A stretch of 63,605 nucleotides of DNA, the filler included, from Phoronis australis (Eukaryota > Animalia > Phoronida): the NCBI GenBank assembly GCA_002633005.1. It is 12 parts of 12 records of this genome, joined end to end, with 100 filler letters (N's around TTAATTAATTAA, not from the genome) between each part and the next. Parts side by side here need not be neighbours in the genome. Positions count along the whole stretch, not along the records: positions 61,566 to 63,605 come from NMRA01001839.1; 11 more parts are not named here. One strand, given 5' to 3'. Below the pieces are notes generated by a model that saw nothing but the letters and a program-made list of their open reading frames with translations, was not told the DNA's origin and searched no databases. This document shows, piece after piece, positions 62,653 to 63,605 of this stretch. The stretch's first letter is position 1; each line of letters starts with the position of its first letter. A program made the translations under genes and the position numbers.

Positions 62653-63101
62653 CTGGAACAAGTAAAAGTTTTACTCTTAAACAACATAATCAAAATGCAT
62701 AATGTAACTAGTACAAGCGTTTGGAAGAGAACGTCTAATTTGTAATCAGGTAAAAATGTTAAAATGGTGATTTACCAAAACGTGTGAGAATTTACAAACT
62801 AGATTCTGTAACTCACTCAATCATGACGTTTACTAAACCTTAGTCCAGCGCATACAATACGGGTCCTCGCGATTTTTAGCGGCGACAAATTGCCGTGTCA
62901 CTGAACCAGCAGACACAATACAATTTTTCACGTGAATCAACGCACACGATACGTATTTTATCGGCGACATTTTGGCGAGAATAAATCGTACCCAGTGCCA
63001 TTTTGTAATAAGACGACGAAGCATCCAGGTAAAAGTAAATTGATTCACAAAAGCGTTTGCGAGCAAAAATGAATGCTTAGTACACCAACGACAGTACGTA
63101 C

Positions 63102-63217
63102 CTTAAAATACTGCAAAGCATCAAGGATCAAATCGTGACCTTCCCCAGAGTACAGGCATATGGCAGACATCAACTCTATCACTTGTTTTTTTACCATGAT
63201 GTTAGTCGTGTCCAGAG
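63102..63217 (-). CDS. INF2: Inverted formin-2, DID exon (116 nt)
   Basis: catccacag|...AAG|gtacgt; encodes (A)[38 protein letters not shown], matching INF2 [28 protein letters not shown]. Confidence 0.92.
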
Positions 63218-63605
63218 CTGTGGATGTGAATTAAAAGTGAATTAAAAAGAATGCAGAATGCTTGCGACGACATCTTTTGCAAAATTCGAGAACCAGTCAT
63301 TAAACATGTATAGTTTTTCAACATGTATAGTCCTATCTGATTCTTCCTCCGTGTGCGACGATTCCAAATATTAAACTTACAGGCTTTTAAAGGAGACCAC
63401 AGTTACGCTAAATCACATAACATTTCGGTTGAGCGCCAATAACAAAAGCTCGTAAAGTCTTAAAGCCAAAATGAAGGACGAAGAATTTGCGCAAAGCTGA
63501 AAAGAATTACACGAATTTATCTGTGACAACACTTCTGAATAAGCTTCAAGTCACCGGAAAGGTCCTCTGAGAAGACATCACAATCGGGTCACTAAGAGAA
63601 ACACC

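Noticed and set aside
365-63066. Remaining 60-120 aa ORF-track entries
   Set aside because: No recognisable domains, many non-ATG starts and overlap with introns or repeats; consistent with chance ORFs in AT-rich animal DNA.
59847-63217. Ser-rich exon as the C-terminus of INF2
   Set aside because: Same strand but separated by a linker; no FH1, FH2 or WH2/DAD motif supports the join.

Overview
This is eukaryotic (animal) genomic DNA, not prokaryotic. It is an artificial concatenation of 12 assembly fragments joined by 11 identical 100-nt linkers (44 N + TTAATTAATTAA + 44 N), plus one ordinary 509-N gap. Adjacency across linkers has no biological meaning. Most ORF-track entries are spurious. 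Reading splice sites by hand recovers phase-compatible exons of FBH1 (3 exons), MTRR (last 2 exons), INF2 (3 exons) and an RP1/doublecortin-type DCX domain (2 exons). It also recovers a secreted, Cys-containing mytilectin-like beta-trefoil lectin (3 exons), a single-exon Toll-like/LRR receptor cut off by the contig end, and a signal-peptide exon whose Cys spacing matches the N-terminal domain of violaxanthin de-epoxidase. Mobile DNA includes two Ty3/Gypsy remnants (one with an internal deletion plus inversion), three THAP-bearing DNA-transposon remnants, a MITE family with 5-bp TSDs and a tRNA-like insert, a Penelope-type minimal hammerhead motif and a 51-bp minisatellite. The gene content suggests a marine invertebrate, possibly a lophotrochozoan (inference). 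I found no multi-gene novel system that the sequence can support. The strongest single-gene leads are the VDE-like exon, the secreted mytilectin and the TLR. Protein-family calls come from remembered motifs, not database searches.
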